Shown here: positions 9,097-18,255 of the stretch, one piece after another
How the letters are laid out: each line of letters starts with the position of its first letter
How positions within the stretch are numbered: position 1 is the stretch's first letter
Virus record (IMG/VR): IMGVR_UViG_3300049491_000716
Span: 16,305-80,304 of that record
Reading direction: 5' to 3' (one strand)
DNA from: a virus
DNA: 64,000 nucleotides
The notes under the pieces: generated by a model
Told to the model about the DNA's origin: nothing
Database searches by the model: none
What the model saw: only the letters and a program-made list of their open reading frames with translations
Position numbers and translations under genes: made by a program

Positions 9097-9582
9097 ATGA
9101 AAACCAATCGCAATTTCTCCGGCTTCACGTTGATCGAAGTCCTCATCGTCGTGGCGCTGATCGGCATCCTGGCCGCCATCTCGCTGCCGGTCTACCAAGA
9201 CTACGTCAAGCGCACGAAGCTCACCGAAGTCCTGCTGGCCGCATCAACCTGCCGCACCGCGGTTACCGAGGTCGTGCAGACTGCTGGCGTCCTGCCGGCA
9301 GCCGGTGCGTGGGGATGCGAGAGCGCGACACCGACTTCCAAGTACGTGGCTGCCGTCGAGACCGATGCCTTTGGGGCCATCCACGTGCTGGTGTCCGGCA
9401 TCGGCGACAAAAACATTGACGGCCACTACGTGAGCCTCGTACCCTTGGCTACCGGCGACGTTCCGCCTGTGGCCGGCGACACCATCTTCCGCTGGGTTTG
9501 CGGCAACCAAGCCGTGCTTGGCACCAGCACTTTCGTGACCGACATCCCTGCCAAATTCCTGCCGGGCTCTTGCCGCGGCTGA
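9097..9582 (+). CDS. pilA: Type IVa major pilin
   Basis: Class III signal peptide G|FTLIE with E5, hydrophobic helix, PVYQDY, four Cys, ending KFLPGSCRG. Confidence 0.92.
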   Translation: MKTNRNFSGFTLIEVLIVVALIGILAAISLPVYQDYVKRTKLTEVLLAASTCRTAVTEVVQTAGVLPAAGAWGCESATPTSKYVAAVETDAFGAIHVLVSGIGDKNIDGHYVSLVPLATGDVPPVAGDTIFRWVCGNQAVLGTSTFVTDIPAKFLPGSCRG

Positions 9583-9610
9583 CCTTCAACTTCTGACTGC
9601 GAGGTAATCT

Positions 9611-10612
9611 ATGAGCCTGCTTCCTGCCGCCATGAAATTGGCCGACGACATCCAACCGCTGGGCCCACCGATTCGGCGCCAGCCCGAGTCTAAGCCTGAT
9701 GGGGCAGTCTGCGATCAGATCATGGCCAGCGTGTTGACGCTGATCAAGATCAACAATGGCTTGGACGGCATGCTCGCGAAGTCGAATCCTTCGAGGCTTC
9801 TCAAGGCGAAAGCAGTCGAAGACTTCCGGAAAGACTACTTGGTGGAGGCTCGTATCACCTACGCGAAGGCTACAGCCGAACGCAGCGTCTTTGCTCAGGT
9901 CTGCGAAGAAACATCGCAATCCATTCTGTCGTCAATTCAAGAAAGCGGCGAGGTCAGCGGTGAAGACTACTCAAGGACGAAGACAGCAGATCCAACAACC
10001 CCGAAAGCCCACATGAAATTCGAACTCACGAACCCTACGACGGTCAAGCTCAAGCACGTCAACGCCCGCAAGGAGAACCACGGCGAGGCCAAGGTTCTAG
10101 CCATGGATCTGCGGCTCTGCTGGACCACGAACAATCGCGCTCTGGATGCGATGTTTCCAGGCTTGCGCCAATCTCTCTTTGCCGCCCTGCCGATCGGCGA
10201 ACTGGAAGACGACGAACTCAGCGGCTATACGCTTCGCATGGAGTTTGGCTTGGGCGGAGAGAAGTCCGACACCGTGGTCAAGGTCTGCGTAGTGAAGGGG
10301 TTTTCAGTTTCGCCCATTGAAGGCGGCAGCGTCGAAATTGAGTTTTCGGTTTCTTCATCGGCTGACATCACTGGTGAGGTTTCGGGTCGATTCAACGACT
10401 TCATCCAGCAAGACATCGTCATCACCCTGCTCGCCCCCACCGTGCTGGCCACCGACCTGATCGACGCCAGCGCCGGCAGCGGGGCTCCCGGCACCGGCCC
10501 GGCCGATGAACCCGAGAAGCCGAAGAAGGCCAAGAGCAAGGCCGTGATTGACGCAACGGAAGCCTTCATCCAGCGCAACACCGATGCCGACGGTGCCGCC
10601 CTGCCTCACTAA
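9611..10612 (+). CDS. Hypothetical phage protein; probably two genes in one frame (second start at 10013)
   Basis: GAGG RBS at 9611; internal GAAAG...ATG at 10013 begins MKFELTNPTTVKLKHVNARKENHG. Confidence 0.55.
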   Translation: MSLLPAAMKLADDIQPLGPPIRRQPESKPDGAVCDQIMASVLTLIKINNGLDGMLAKSNPSRLLKAKAVEDFRKDYLVEARITYAKATAERSVFAQVCEETSQSILSSIQESGEVSGEDYSRTKTADPTTPKAHMKFELTNPTTVKLKHVNARKENHGEAKVLAMDLRLCWTTNNRALDAMFPGLRQSLFAALPIGELEDDELSGYTLRMEFGLGGEKSDTVVKVCVVKGFSVSPIEGGSVEIEFSVSSSADITGEVSGRFNDFIQQDIVITLLAPTVLATDLIDASAGSGAPGTGPADEPEKPKKAKSKAVIDATEAFIQRNTDADGAALPH

Positions 10613-10628
10613 ACCCTGCGAGACCATC

Positions 10629-10841
10629 ATGGAAGAACCCGACATCAAGAGCGGCTGGTCCACACACCATGAACTCAGGTTCATCGAGGCGCTGGGGAGC
10701 TACGCAGTCACCGGCTTCACGCCGGTCGAGTTGCTGCGCGGCTATCGCATGGCGCTGATCAACCGGAAGCGCATGGCTGGCATGGATCGCGACAAGTTGC
10801 TGGCCAAGGTGCATGCGCGGATGGATGCGCTGGGCGCCTAA
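10629..10841 (+). CDS. Hypothetical protein
   Basis: ORF in operon context. Confidence 0.55.
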   Translation: MEEPDIKSGWSTHHELRFIEALGSYAVTGFTPVELLRGYRMALINRKRMAGMDRDKLLAKVHARMDALGA

Positions 10842-10844
10842 GCC

Positions 10845-11048
10845 GTGAACATCGAACTTCTGCCGTGCCCGTTCTGCGGGAGCTTTCATGTCTCGGTTGC
10901 CGATGTCGGGACTTCGGCTTGCTCCGTCTTGTGCGGCAACTGCGGAGCCGAAGGCCCTTTTGCTGAGGACGTGGATGCCGCAGCCAACGCATGGAATGCC
11001 CGCACGCTCATCGGTGGCAAAACTGTGTCAAGTGATATTCCTGCATAG
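10845..11048 (+). CDS. Lar-family restriction alleviation protein
   Basis: LLPCPFCG...CGNCGAEGP...AANAWNAR. Confidence 0.8.
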   Translation: MNIELLPCPFCGSFHVSVADVGTSACSVLCGNCGAEGPFAEDVDAAANAWNARTLIGGKTVSSDIPA

Positions 11049-11208
11049 CAGAGCGCCGCCACACCCGAAGATTCATGAGCGCTAGTCATCAATGCGCGGG
11101 CGCATCCCAAAAGATGCCCGACACTCTTATTTGGCTTTGCTTTTCAAGCACGCCATCACATCGCCTCAACTCATCGGCGACTCTCTCAAAGAAATCCGGA
11201 GCAGACCA

Positions 11209-11397
11209 ATGATCATTGAACGCACCAAGATCCTCGAAGCCTACAACCGCGTCATCCAGCAGCTCGGCGAGCACAGCCACGAACAGGCATGCGCAGCCGT
11301 GAGCCAGGCGCTGGGCAACCCGCCCGACGTGGTGTCGGATGTCGTGATGCTGGCAACGCAGGAAGAGGCGGCAGCCGCGCAAGGAGTGGCGGCGTGA
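11209..11397 (+). CDS. Hypothetical protein
   Basis: GGAG RBS; coupled to the next ORF. Confidence 0.55.
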   Translation: MIIERTKILEAYNRVIQQLGEHSHEQACAAVSQALGNPPDVVSDVVMLATQEEAAAAQGVAA

Positions 11398-11847
11398 GCA
11401 CAGATCACCTGACAACCGAGCGCTTCCTGGCGCTTGACGCCGCGCTTGCCAAAGTCCGTGCCGAAGTGCTGGCCGCCATGCAGCGAAGCCTGGGGGCTTG
11501 AGCAGGAAAGCAAGGCGCTGAACCTGCTGGGATCCTTGGTCACGCATCGCCAGTTCAAGCAGTACGTGCTGACCGGCATGTTCGTCGAGTCCAGCAAGCG
11601 CAGTGGTGTGACCTACGTCTTCCGCAGGCTCAAGCCGACCGTGGCGATGCACATCGTGGCCGGCAAGGTCAAGGTGCTGTGTGCGCTCTGCATGCATGCC
11701 TGCGCTCATTACGCAGGATCGTGGGCTGGCGGCATGGCACCAAGCGACGACGTGGCCAGCCATCTCGTCATGATGCGAGGTGATGAGCGGCTCTACTGGG
11801 CCAGAGCAAACCAACACGCCGCATGGCGCGCGGAGGCAGGACTGTGA
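11394..11847 (+). pseudogene. Frame-switched or fused hypothetical gene(s)
   Basis: GTG ORF 11394-11501 stops early; a protein-like frame (EAWGLEQESKAL...ANQH) takes over near 11485 without its own RBS. Confidence 0.45.
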
Positions 11848-12035
11848 AGCGCTACGCCATCCTCATCCTGCTGTGCACGCTCTACGCTTGCTCAGACGAC
11901 TTCGCGGCCAACGGCACCTACTGGCAGTACCAAGCGCTGAAGGATGCCTGCGTGAAGGATTCCATGACGGCCTACCGCACGAAGTCAGCCGAAGGCCAGC
12001 CCATGCTGGTGATCACCTGCCGGGAGAAGAAGTGA
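11844..12035 (+). CDS. Small lipoprotein
   Basis: MKRYAILILLCTLYAC lipobox; GGAGG RBS. Confidence 0.6.
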   Translation: MKRYAILILLCTLYACSDDFAANGTYWQYQALKDACVKDSMTAYRTKSAEGQPMLVITCREKK

Positions 12036-12682
12036 AGCGCATTGACGTCAGGTGCTGCGGCCAGCCGCTGAAGTTGCTGGGCACGTTGCCCGTGATGGAT
12101 GCCGTGCGCGACGGAGATCCGGTCAGATTCATCTTGATGCAGCCGCGAGTCCGGGACTTCGACGCGGCGCAAGGCGGAACCAACACCGAGATGGTGGCTG
12201 TGAACGAAGCCTGGCAAGTGCTCGGCGACGACAAGACGCGCAAGCACTACGACCAGACGGGAGAGAACAGCCCGCCATCGGTTGAGCTTCGCGCCCACCA
12301 GCAGTTGACGGAGTTCTTCGCGGCAGCACTTTCAAACGACCACGTACCGCTGCTTGTTGCCGTTGGCCAGATGCTTGACATGCAGCAGGCGCAGGCCAAG
12401 CAGGCCATCAGCCAGAACGGCCACAAGGTCGTAAAGCTCACGGCGCGCCGGGACAAGATCAAGACGAAGGCCGGCAAGCAGAACTTGGTGCACCAACTCA
12501 TTGACCACGGCATCTTGGTGCTGAACGCGCAGATCGCGGAAGCCGAGGAAATTCTTGTCGTTAACGCCGCGGCTCGAGTGCTGGCGGCCAACTACGAATC
12601 TGAAGAAGACGCTGGGCTGATCGTGCCGCGTGGCCCAGTGTTTAGGGCGGGCTCGTTCACTGGAGGATTTCACAATGGCTGA
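12032..12682 (+). CDS. Protein with a truncated J-domain (no HPD motif)
   Basis: GG...EMVAVNEAWQVLGDDKTRKHYDQTG matches J-domain helices III-IV; helices I-II and HPD are absent. Confidence 0.55.
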   Translation: MKRIDVRCCGQPLKLLGTLPVMDAVRDGDPVRFILMQPRVRDFDAAQGGTNTEMVAVNEAWQVLGDDKTRKHYDQTGENSPPSVELRAHQQLTEFFAAALSNDHVPLLVAVGQMLDMQQAQAKQAISQNGHKVVKLTARRDKIKTKAGKQNLVHQLIDHGILVLNAQIAEAEEILVVNAAARVLAANYESEEDAGLIVPRGPVFRAGSFTGGFHNG

Positions 12683-13292
12683 GACCACCGCAATTTCTTG
12701 GTGCGACAGCACGCTGAATCCGTGGCTAGGATGCACCAAGGTCGGCCCTGGATGCGACAACTGCTATGCCGAGGCGATGATGGACAGGCGCATGCACAAG
12801 GTCAAGTGGGGGGCCGGCCAGCCGCGTGTGCGCACCAATGAGGCCAACTGGCGTCAGCCGATTAAGTGGAATGCATCGCCGTTCTACGAATGCCCGACGT
12901 GCCACTGGCGCGGCGCCGAATCCGATTTGCTGAAGACGCGGCCCGGCTATGCACCGTGGTGCCCGGCCTGCGGGCTCGGCTTGGTCGCCGCGCGGCGACG
13001 CGTGTTCTGCGCCAGCTTGGCAGACGTCTTCGACAACGAAGTTGATCCGCAGTGGCGCGTTGATCTGTTCAAGTTGATTGCCGGCACGCCGAACCTTGAT
13101 TGGCTCCTGCTGACCAAGCGCATCGGCAATGTCGCCAGCATGCCAACTCGACGCATCCATGAAGGAGGTGGAGAGGCTCAGTGGCGCGCTCATAACCGGT
13201 GCCTGACGGAATTCAGGCTCGGGGCATCCGCAGGCCTAATCGGTGTTGCAGTTTACGAACTCATTCCAGAAACACAAAAGCCGAGTGGTTAG
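12675..13292 (+). pseudogene. DUF5131 (phage Gp37/Gp68) protein, apparently C-terminally truncated
   Basis: ISWCDSTLNPWLGCTKVGPGCDNCYAE, RVFCASLADVFD, WLLLTKR; the usual NVWLG/RFLS-EPL half is missing. Confidence 0.7.
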
Positions 13293-13303
13293 CTCGGCTC
13301 TGT
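13272..13303. terminator. Hairpin between the convergent early and late units
   Basis: AAAAGCCGAG-tggttag-CTCGGCT. Confidence 0.5.
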
Positions 13304-13429
13304 GCGGTTCCTGCGTCGCTCGCGTTGCGGCGCCCGGCAGTTTCATCGTTGCCCCGGTGGAACCTATTGCGCAATGCCGCGGATTATGCACTCATTTCAG
13401 GGGAGTGCAAGCGGCCCCGAATTGCTCCA

Positions 13430-13804
13430 TCACAGGGCGTAGCGCCCCGGCTTCTTCTCGTCGGGCTCGGTTTCGTCGGATGCCGGCGCCTTGTCATCGC
13501 TGCACGGGTAAGCATCCCTAAGGATGGACGCCACCAACTTGATAGCCGGCAGGCCAAGCAATGGCGTCAGCCGGGCCATGCGCTCCTGCACGGCGTCTTT
13601 GACATCCCCCGCCGTCAGCGAATCCGGCACGCAGTGCTCGGCGCTTGTCGCGTCATGAGCGGCCAGCACGAAAATCAGGGCTTGCGCCTGGCCCTTCTCG
13701 TTTCCATCGAACAACTCCAACAGGCGCTGCCCAGTGAGGTAGTAGCCGCCGGCGTGAGTCATCCCGCAGACCGAAAGCAATGCTGCCGCAAACATGGACT
13801 TCAT
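13430..13804 (-). CDS. Rap1a/Tai-like immunity protein
   Basis: Signal peptide, TGQRLL...HDA...CVPDSLT...A-x-x-LV...LRDAYPC pattern. Confidence 0.65.
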   Translation of the reverse strand: MKSMFAAALLSVCGMTHAGGYYLTGQRLLELFDGNEKGQAQALIFVLAAHDATSAEHCVPDSLTAGDVKDAVQERMARLTPLLGLPAIKLVASILRDAYPCSDDKAPASDETEPDEKKPGRYAL

Positions 13805-13878
13805 CTGATTTCCTGCTCAAGTTGTGGGTACTTCGGGCCAGCAAGATTGAAGCCAGCGGCGGCGGCTGGCTTCATTCC

Positions 13879-14217
13879 TCACTTGGCTGGCGGCGGGCTC
13901 TTGGTGAGCGGCGTGGACTTCGCTGGCGGAGGGCTCTTGGCCATGGCTGCCTTGGCAAGATCCGTAGCTTCGGCGATGCTGTAGTTGCTCTCCGGCAGCG
14001 GGAAGCCGCGGCGCACCGTCTTCGGCTTCTGGCCGACGGCATGCACCACCATGCGTGCGTAGGGCATGTGCCGGCCGGCCGTCATGAAGGCGCGGCGCGC
14101 GTTCGCCGGTGAGTCAAAGGATTCCTCGGTGCTGATCTTCTTGCCGTTGCTGGCCGTCGTGTTGACGAACCATGCACCCCGGGCGTTCTGTCTGAGGTTG
14201 ATGATCCACATGGTCAC
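13879..14217 (-). CDS. DUF1508/YegP-like protein
   Basis: GAWF...ASNGKKI...ESFDSPANARRA; KSPPPAK repeats. Confidence 0.5.
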   Translation of the reverse strand: MTMWIINLRQNARGAWFVNTTASNGKKISTEESFDSPANARRAFMTAGRHMPYARMVVHAVGQKPKTVRRGFPLPESNYSIAEATDLAKAAMAKSPPPAKSTPLTKSPPPAK

Positions 14218-14408
14218 GGCACCCTAGGCAAGGTGGCCTGAGCAGCCAAGGCGTCGGTGGCGGCCACGGCAGCGGCTCGCATGGCGGCAATCTCGGCGTC
14301 GCTGACGTCGCGGCCTTCGGCGGCGGCAGCGTTCAGGATGGCCGAGAGCTTCGCGGCTTCGGTCAGGGATGCCAGCAGGAGCTGGGTCACGAGCAGCGTG
14401 TTGTTCAT
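14214..14408 (-). CDS. Hypothetical protein (lysis region)
   Basis: Coupled 64-aa Ala-rich ORF. Confidence 0.6.
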   Translation of the reverse strand: MNNTLLVTQLLLASLTEAAKLSAILNAAAAEGRDVSDAEIAAMRAAAVAATDALAAQATLPRVP

Positions 14409-14764
14409 GGCTTCACTCCTTGTTGGCTGGCCAGGTAGGACTCGAGGGCGGTCAAGATCGTCAGGGTGGCCGTCAGCTTGGTCTGCGCGGCACCAAGGTC
14501 GGTCTTGGCTGTGGCGGCGGCGATGTCCAGGCCAGCGATCGCCTGACGGTTGGTCGACACCACGTTCTCAAGATCGGAGTCGCTGAGCTTGCCGGCGGTG
14601 CGCAGGACGCCAGCCGTCTTGGCCACGGTCGTCACCGTCGCGTAGCCGCCGAGCAACTTCTTGTTGAAGGTGTCGGCAGTCGGAACGCCGAGAGCGGCGC
14701 AGGCCACCAAGGCTGTGGCCAGCATCACTGCGATGCCGGTCTTCAGGGTTTGAAGCAGTTTCAT
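14405..14764 (-). CDS. Lipoprotein (lysis region, possible spanin-like role)
   Basis: LVAC lipobox; helical body; downstream of the endolysin. Confidence 0.55.
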   Translation of the reverse strand: MKLLQTLKTGIAVMLATALVACAALGVPTADTFNKKLLGGYATVTTVAKTAGVLRTAGKLSDSDLENVVSTNRQAIAGLDIAAATAKTDLGAAQTKLTATLTILTALESYLASQQGVKP

Positions 14765-14791
14765 GAGTTGCCTTTCAGGCGGTTGGGGTGA

Positions 14792-15511
14792 TCAGTTCAC
14801 GGTGACGGTTGAGATGCCGCCTGCAGGCACGCTGCCATGGCAGTAGAAGCCGATTTCGACGTACTTCTTGACCCACGTTCCGGTGGGAACCATCTTGCGG
14901 GACGGCGCACATGAGATGCCGGCTGGCACGGTGAACAAGTGATGCGAGTAAAGCCATGCCGGGTCGTTGACATAGATCGCTGTGTCTGCCGAAACTCGAG
15001 CCTGGCCGCTGTTGTCGAACACCACGTAGGGCATCTGCCACGTTGCGGTGGCCTGCTTCGCTGGCGTCAAATAACAGGTGATCGGGTTCGGCCACAACTC
15101 TTGGTCGTAGAAGGTTTCGCCGTCGTTCGTCAGCGTCAAATGCAAGTCTTGCAAGATGCCGCCGTCAGCCGGGCACGTGTATCGCTGCACGCTGGTCGTT
15201 TGAAGATGAAACTGACCGGGGCCTGCGCAGGTGAAGCCGATATAGGTGACGCCGTTGAACTTTGGCACGTAGTCGCGCACGCAGTTGCCGCTGATGATCC
15301 ACTGGTAAGACAGGTCAACCGCTAAAGTGTTCCAGCGCACCACGCCGCCATCCGTGACGATGACAACGTCGGTGCCGCGACCCGGCGGTGTCGGCAACGG
15401 AACCAGTTCTCCGCCATAGACATCCTGCTTGAATGCGGCGGCGCCAGCGTAGGCCGGTGATGCGACAAGAAAACTGGCGAACGCCAGCAGGACAAAGAAG
15501 AGTTTCTTCAT
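14792..15511 (-). CDS. Secreted Cys-containing beta-rich hypothetical protein
   Basis: Sec signal ...SPAYA; six Cys; GAGG RBS. Confidence 0.65.
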   Translation of the reverse strand: MKKLFFVLLAFASFLVASPAYAGAAAFKQDVYGGELVPLPTPPGRGTDVVIVTDGGVVRWNTLAVDLSYQWIISGNCVRDYVPKFNGVTYIGFTCAGPGQFHLQTTSVQRYTCPADGGILQDLHLTLTNDGETFYDQELWPNPITCYLTPAKQATATWQMPYVVFDNSGQARVSADTAIYVNDPAWLYSHHLFTVPAGISCAPSRKMVPTGTWVKKYVEIGFYCHGSVPAGGISTVTVN

Positions 15512-15537
15512 GGTTCACCTCTTGGGTGGTTGGGGGG

Positions 15538-15711
15538 TCAATGAGTCGGGGGTAGCGGAATTTCGGTCTGGAACTTGCCGTCGGCATCGACCATCACGCC
15601 TTTGGCTGCGCCTTCGACTTGTCGCAACACGGGCTGCGCCTGCGGCTTTTCGGATCGGATTGGCTTACCGAGAACGAAGTCGTCGGCGTCGTCTTGGTCA
15701 AGGTCTTTCAT
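15538..15711 (-). CDS. Small hypothetical protein
   Basis: ATGA overlap with the endolysin stop. Confidence 0.45.
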   Translation of the reverse strand: MKDLDQDDADDFVLGKPIRSEKPQAQPVLRQVEGAAKGVMVDADGKFQTEIPLPPTH

Positions 15712-16253
15712 GGAACTCCCAGTGCAAGTTTGGCGGCGCCCCAAAGGGCGATGCGTTGGTCTAGGTGGGTGAGCCCGCCGTTGATGCGGCGGGTGAGTCC
15801 GGTGAAGTCGCCGTTGTCGGCGTAGGCGTTCAGGTGGTTGGATGCCCAGAACCAGGCCGCGCTGCGAGACGCGAGGCCGGGCTCGGCCAGTAGTTGCGGG
15901 AATGCTTCGAGGTCGACGCCGAGGGCGGCGCCGCAGCGCCTGTAGTTGGCGCGGCCCGTCACCTGCAGAAGGCCGCGGCCAAGGAAGCGGATGCCATCGC
16001 CGGGCTGCGTGTTCCCGAGATCGGCGGCTTTCTTGCCGGGCGGCTCGTATCGCCGCTGAGCAATCGTTGGGCCCCACAACTCGGTCAACCAATGAAGGCC
16101 GCCGCTTTCGTGGCCAATCTGAGCCAGCCAAGCCGCCTGACGCCGCGGGGTGTCAATGCCGAACTCCGTCATGGCTGCCGTGATGAACGGCAAGAATCTG
16201 GACGCCCGGTCAATCCGGGCGCCGGTGCAGGCCACGAGCGTCTGCGGCGTCAT
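15708..16253 (-). CDS. Endolysin, glycoside hydrolase family 19
   Basis: LAQIGHESGGL, GRGLLQVTGRANY, SAAWFW, TRRINGG. Confidence 0.92.
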   Translation of the reverse strand: MTPQTLVACTGARIDRASRFLPFITAAMTEFGIDTPRRQAAWLAQIGHESGGLHWLTELWGPTIAQRRYEPPGKKAADLGNTQPGDGIRFLGRGLLQVTGRANYRRCGAALGVDLEAFPQLLAEPGLASRSAAWFWASNHLNAYADNGDFTGLTRRINGGLTHLDQRIALWGAAKLALGVP

Positions 16254-16254
16254 C

Positions 16255-16533
16255 TCACTTCGTCGGCGGCGTAGCCTTGGCTGCCGGGATGCTGCCGGAC
16301 ACTTCAGCCGGCGCATCGGGGCTCGGCTCGATCGGCTCTGATTCCTCCAAGGCGACGCCATCGAAGAAGTAGGCCAGCGGCACCTTGGCGTTGGCGATGA
16401 TGGCGCCGATCAGCGTACCGACCATCGTCATCTGTGTCGGCGTCATGTTGGCGAAGGTCACCAGCAGCACGCAGGCGAACAGCATGGCGGTCATGCCATA
16501 CGCCAGGACGGCGCGAACAGTCTGTGAGTTCAT
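16255..16533 (-). CDS. Holin candidate
   Basis: Two TM segments, immediately upstream of the endolysin. Confidence 0.65.
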   Translation of the reverse strand: MNSQTVRAVLAYGMTAMLFACVLLVTFANMTPTQMTMVGTLIGAIIANAKVPLAYFFDGVALEESEPIEPSPDAPAEVSGSIPAAKATPPTK

Positions 16534-16559
16534 TCGGGTTCTCCTTGGGTTGAACTGTA

Positions 16560-17003
16560 TTACGGCAGCGTGGTTGACGCCATCACTTCAAAGGATCCGC
16601 TGTACCACGTGATCAGTTCGGTGCGCACGGTTCCCTGAACCTCGGCGCTGCCCTCAACATGGTAGATGCCGGGCGCCGTCTTGGGTGGCACCACGTTGAT
16701 CGCGCTGGTCGCAGTTGTGCAACCCGGCACGATTGAAGCCTGAGTGACGGGCAGCAGGATGGTTGGCAAGCCTTCGCCGACAAGCTGGTGGGCGATGGAA
16801 TAGACGCGCGGCCGGTGGTCGGAGTTGCATCGCCTCACCTCGAGCAGAACGGCTTGGCCGGGTTGGACTTGCGGTGTCAGCACCTTGAACGGGAGATCCG
16901 GATAGCTCAGGTAGGGTGCCTCGATCATGCCGTAGTAGGCGCCGACAACCAGCACCAAGATCAGCGATCCCGTGTTGAAGGCGCGGTACAGGGTCTTCAT
17001 CAT
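16560..17003 (-). CDS. Membrane-anchored hypothetical protein
   Basis: N-terminal TM helix plus beta domain with a Cys pair. Confidence 0.6.
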   Translation of the reverse strand: MMKTLYRAFNTGSLILVLVVGAYYGMIEAPYLSYPDLPFKVLTPQVQPGQAVLLEVRRCNSDHRPRVYSIAHQLVGEGLPTILLPVTQASIVPGCTTATSAINVVPPKTAPGIYHVEGSAEVQGTVRTELITWYSGSFEVMASTTLP

Positions 17004-17359
17004 GGTGGCGTTCTCCCGCCGTGGGTGATTGCGTAGATGGCCGACCAGATGGCGACACCGGCGCCGGCTACGATGCCGGCCCATCGCACGAGCTTCATGA
17101 TGCCGCGGCCGACCATTGCCAGCCCGCGGCCAAACTTCGCGATGGCCGACATGCCGGCGCGCCAGGCGAGCAGCATCTCGTGCACGTCTCGCGTCATGTC
17201 GGTGTTCTCTTTGACCTCGCCTTCAATGCGGTCCATGCGGCGGGCGCCGAGGGCCAAGCGTTTTTCGATGGAGTCGAAGCGGCTCTGATCATTCAGGGTG
17301 TCAAAGTCGGTATCGATGTCGCCTGGGCTTGTCTCTTTGAATTCTTGTTCGTTGGTCAT
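17000..17359 (-). CDS. Coiled-coil membrane protein (holin/antiholin-like)
   Basis: Coiled coil plus C-terminal TM helix at the head of the lysis cassette. Confidence 0.55.
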   Translation of the reverse strand: MTNEQEFKETSPGDIDTDFDTLNDQSRFDSIEKRLALGARRMDRIEGEVKENTDMTRDVHEMLLAWRAGMSAIAKFGRGLAMVGRGIMKLVRWAGIVAGAGVAIWSAIYAITHGGRTPP

Positions 17360-17376
17360 GTCTTGTCTCAGTTATT

Positions 17377-18243
17377 TCAGGCAAGGGTGATGGCCAACGA
17401 GTCGGCGGCGTGCGATTGCGGGCTGGAACCCGAGGCGATGGTTCGTGATGCGATGGCGCCCCAGAACATCAGGTTGCCGGCGGTGCTTGCGTCTTTGAGG
17501 CCTTCAAACCCAACGGTTCCCCATGATGCGGTGGCTGTCGGGTAGGTCAGTGCCGAGTTGTTGCTGATGCGGCCGCTGGTGCCCGTGCTCGCCGTGGTGC
17601 TGCCAGCCGACTGCGTGCCACTCCACGCGGCAAGGCTTGACGCGATGGCCGGCCGCGCGTAGCTGCCACCCGACACTTCGGTGCCGCCGCCGGCGTTGCT
17701 TGGCGTCGCCGTGTACAGGGCGCCGTAGAGGTTGCTTGGCCACGAGTAGGCCTGAGCGCGGAAGATCAGGTCAATCAACTTGTTGGCGCAGTAGTCGGTC
17801 ATGCCGCCACTGAGGCCAAGCGTCACAGCGACGCTGCCGATGGCAATGCTGACCGGGATGCCGCCGGCGCCGATCGCAATGGGAACCGGCAGGCTGAACC
17901 ACATCCAGCAGTTACCGCCGCTGCCGGCGTCGAAGAGTCCCAGATGGCTTGCCGTTCCCCATGCGCCACCCGATGTGCCGAAGTCCCACAGCGTGTTGTT
18001 GCTGGTGGCGTGGCTTGTGCCTGTGCTGGCCAGCGTGGAACCAGCGCTCTGCGTTCCGGCGAAGTTGGCCAGGCTGCGTGCTACGCCGAACCGCGAGTAA
18101 CCGGTTCCGCTGAGTTCAGTGAATGCGCTGTCGGATGCCGCACTCCCAAGCGCGACAGACCAGTTGGTTGGCAAGCCCGCCAAGCCTTGACCCCGAAAGT
18201 AATCGGCAATCTTGTTCTCGCCGTAGTCCGTGAATTGGCTCAT
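17377..18243 (-). CDS. Phage tail/fiber-associated structural protein with an internal duplication
   Basis: Two homologous halves (TDYGENKIADYFRGQ / TDYCANKLIDLIFRAQ; ELSGTGYSR / EVSGGSYAR). Confidence 0.7.
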   Translation of the reverse strand: MSQFTDYGENKIADYFRGQGLAGLPTNWSVALGSAASDSAFTELSGTGYSRFGVARSLANFAGTQSAGSTLASTGTSHATSNNTLWDFGTSGGAWGTASHLGLFDAGSGGNCWMWFSLPVPIAIGAGGIPVSIAIGSVAVTLGLSGGMTDYCANKLIDLIFRAQAYSWPSNLYGALYTATPSNAGGGTEVSGGSYARPAIASSLAAWSGTQSAGSTTASTGTSGRISNNSALTYPTATASWGTVGFEGLKDASTAGNLMFWGAIASRTIASGSSPQSHAADSLAITLA

Positions 18244-18255
18244 GAGTTTTCCTTT

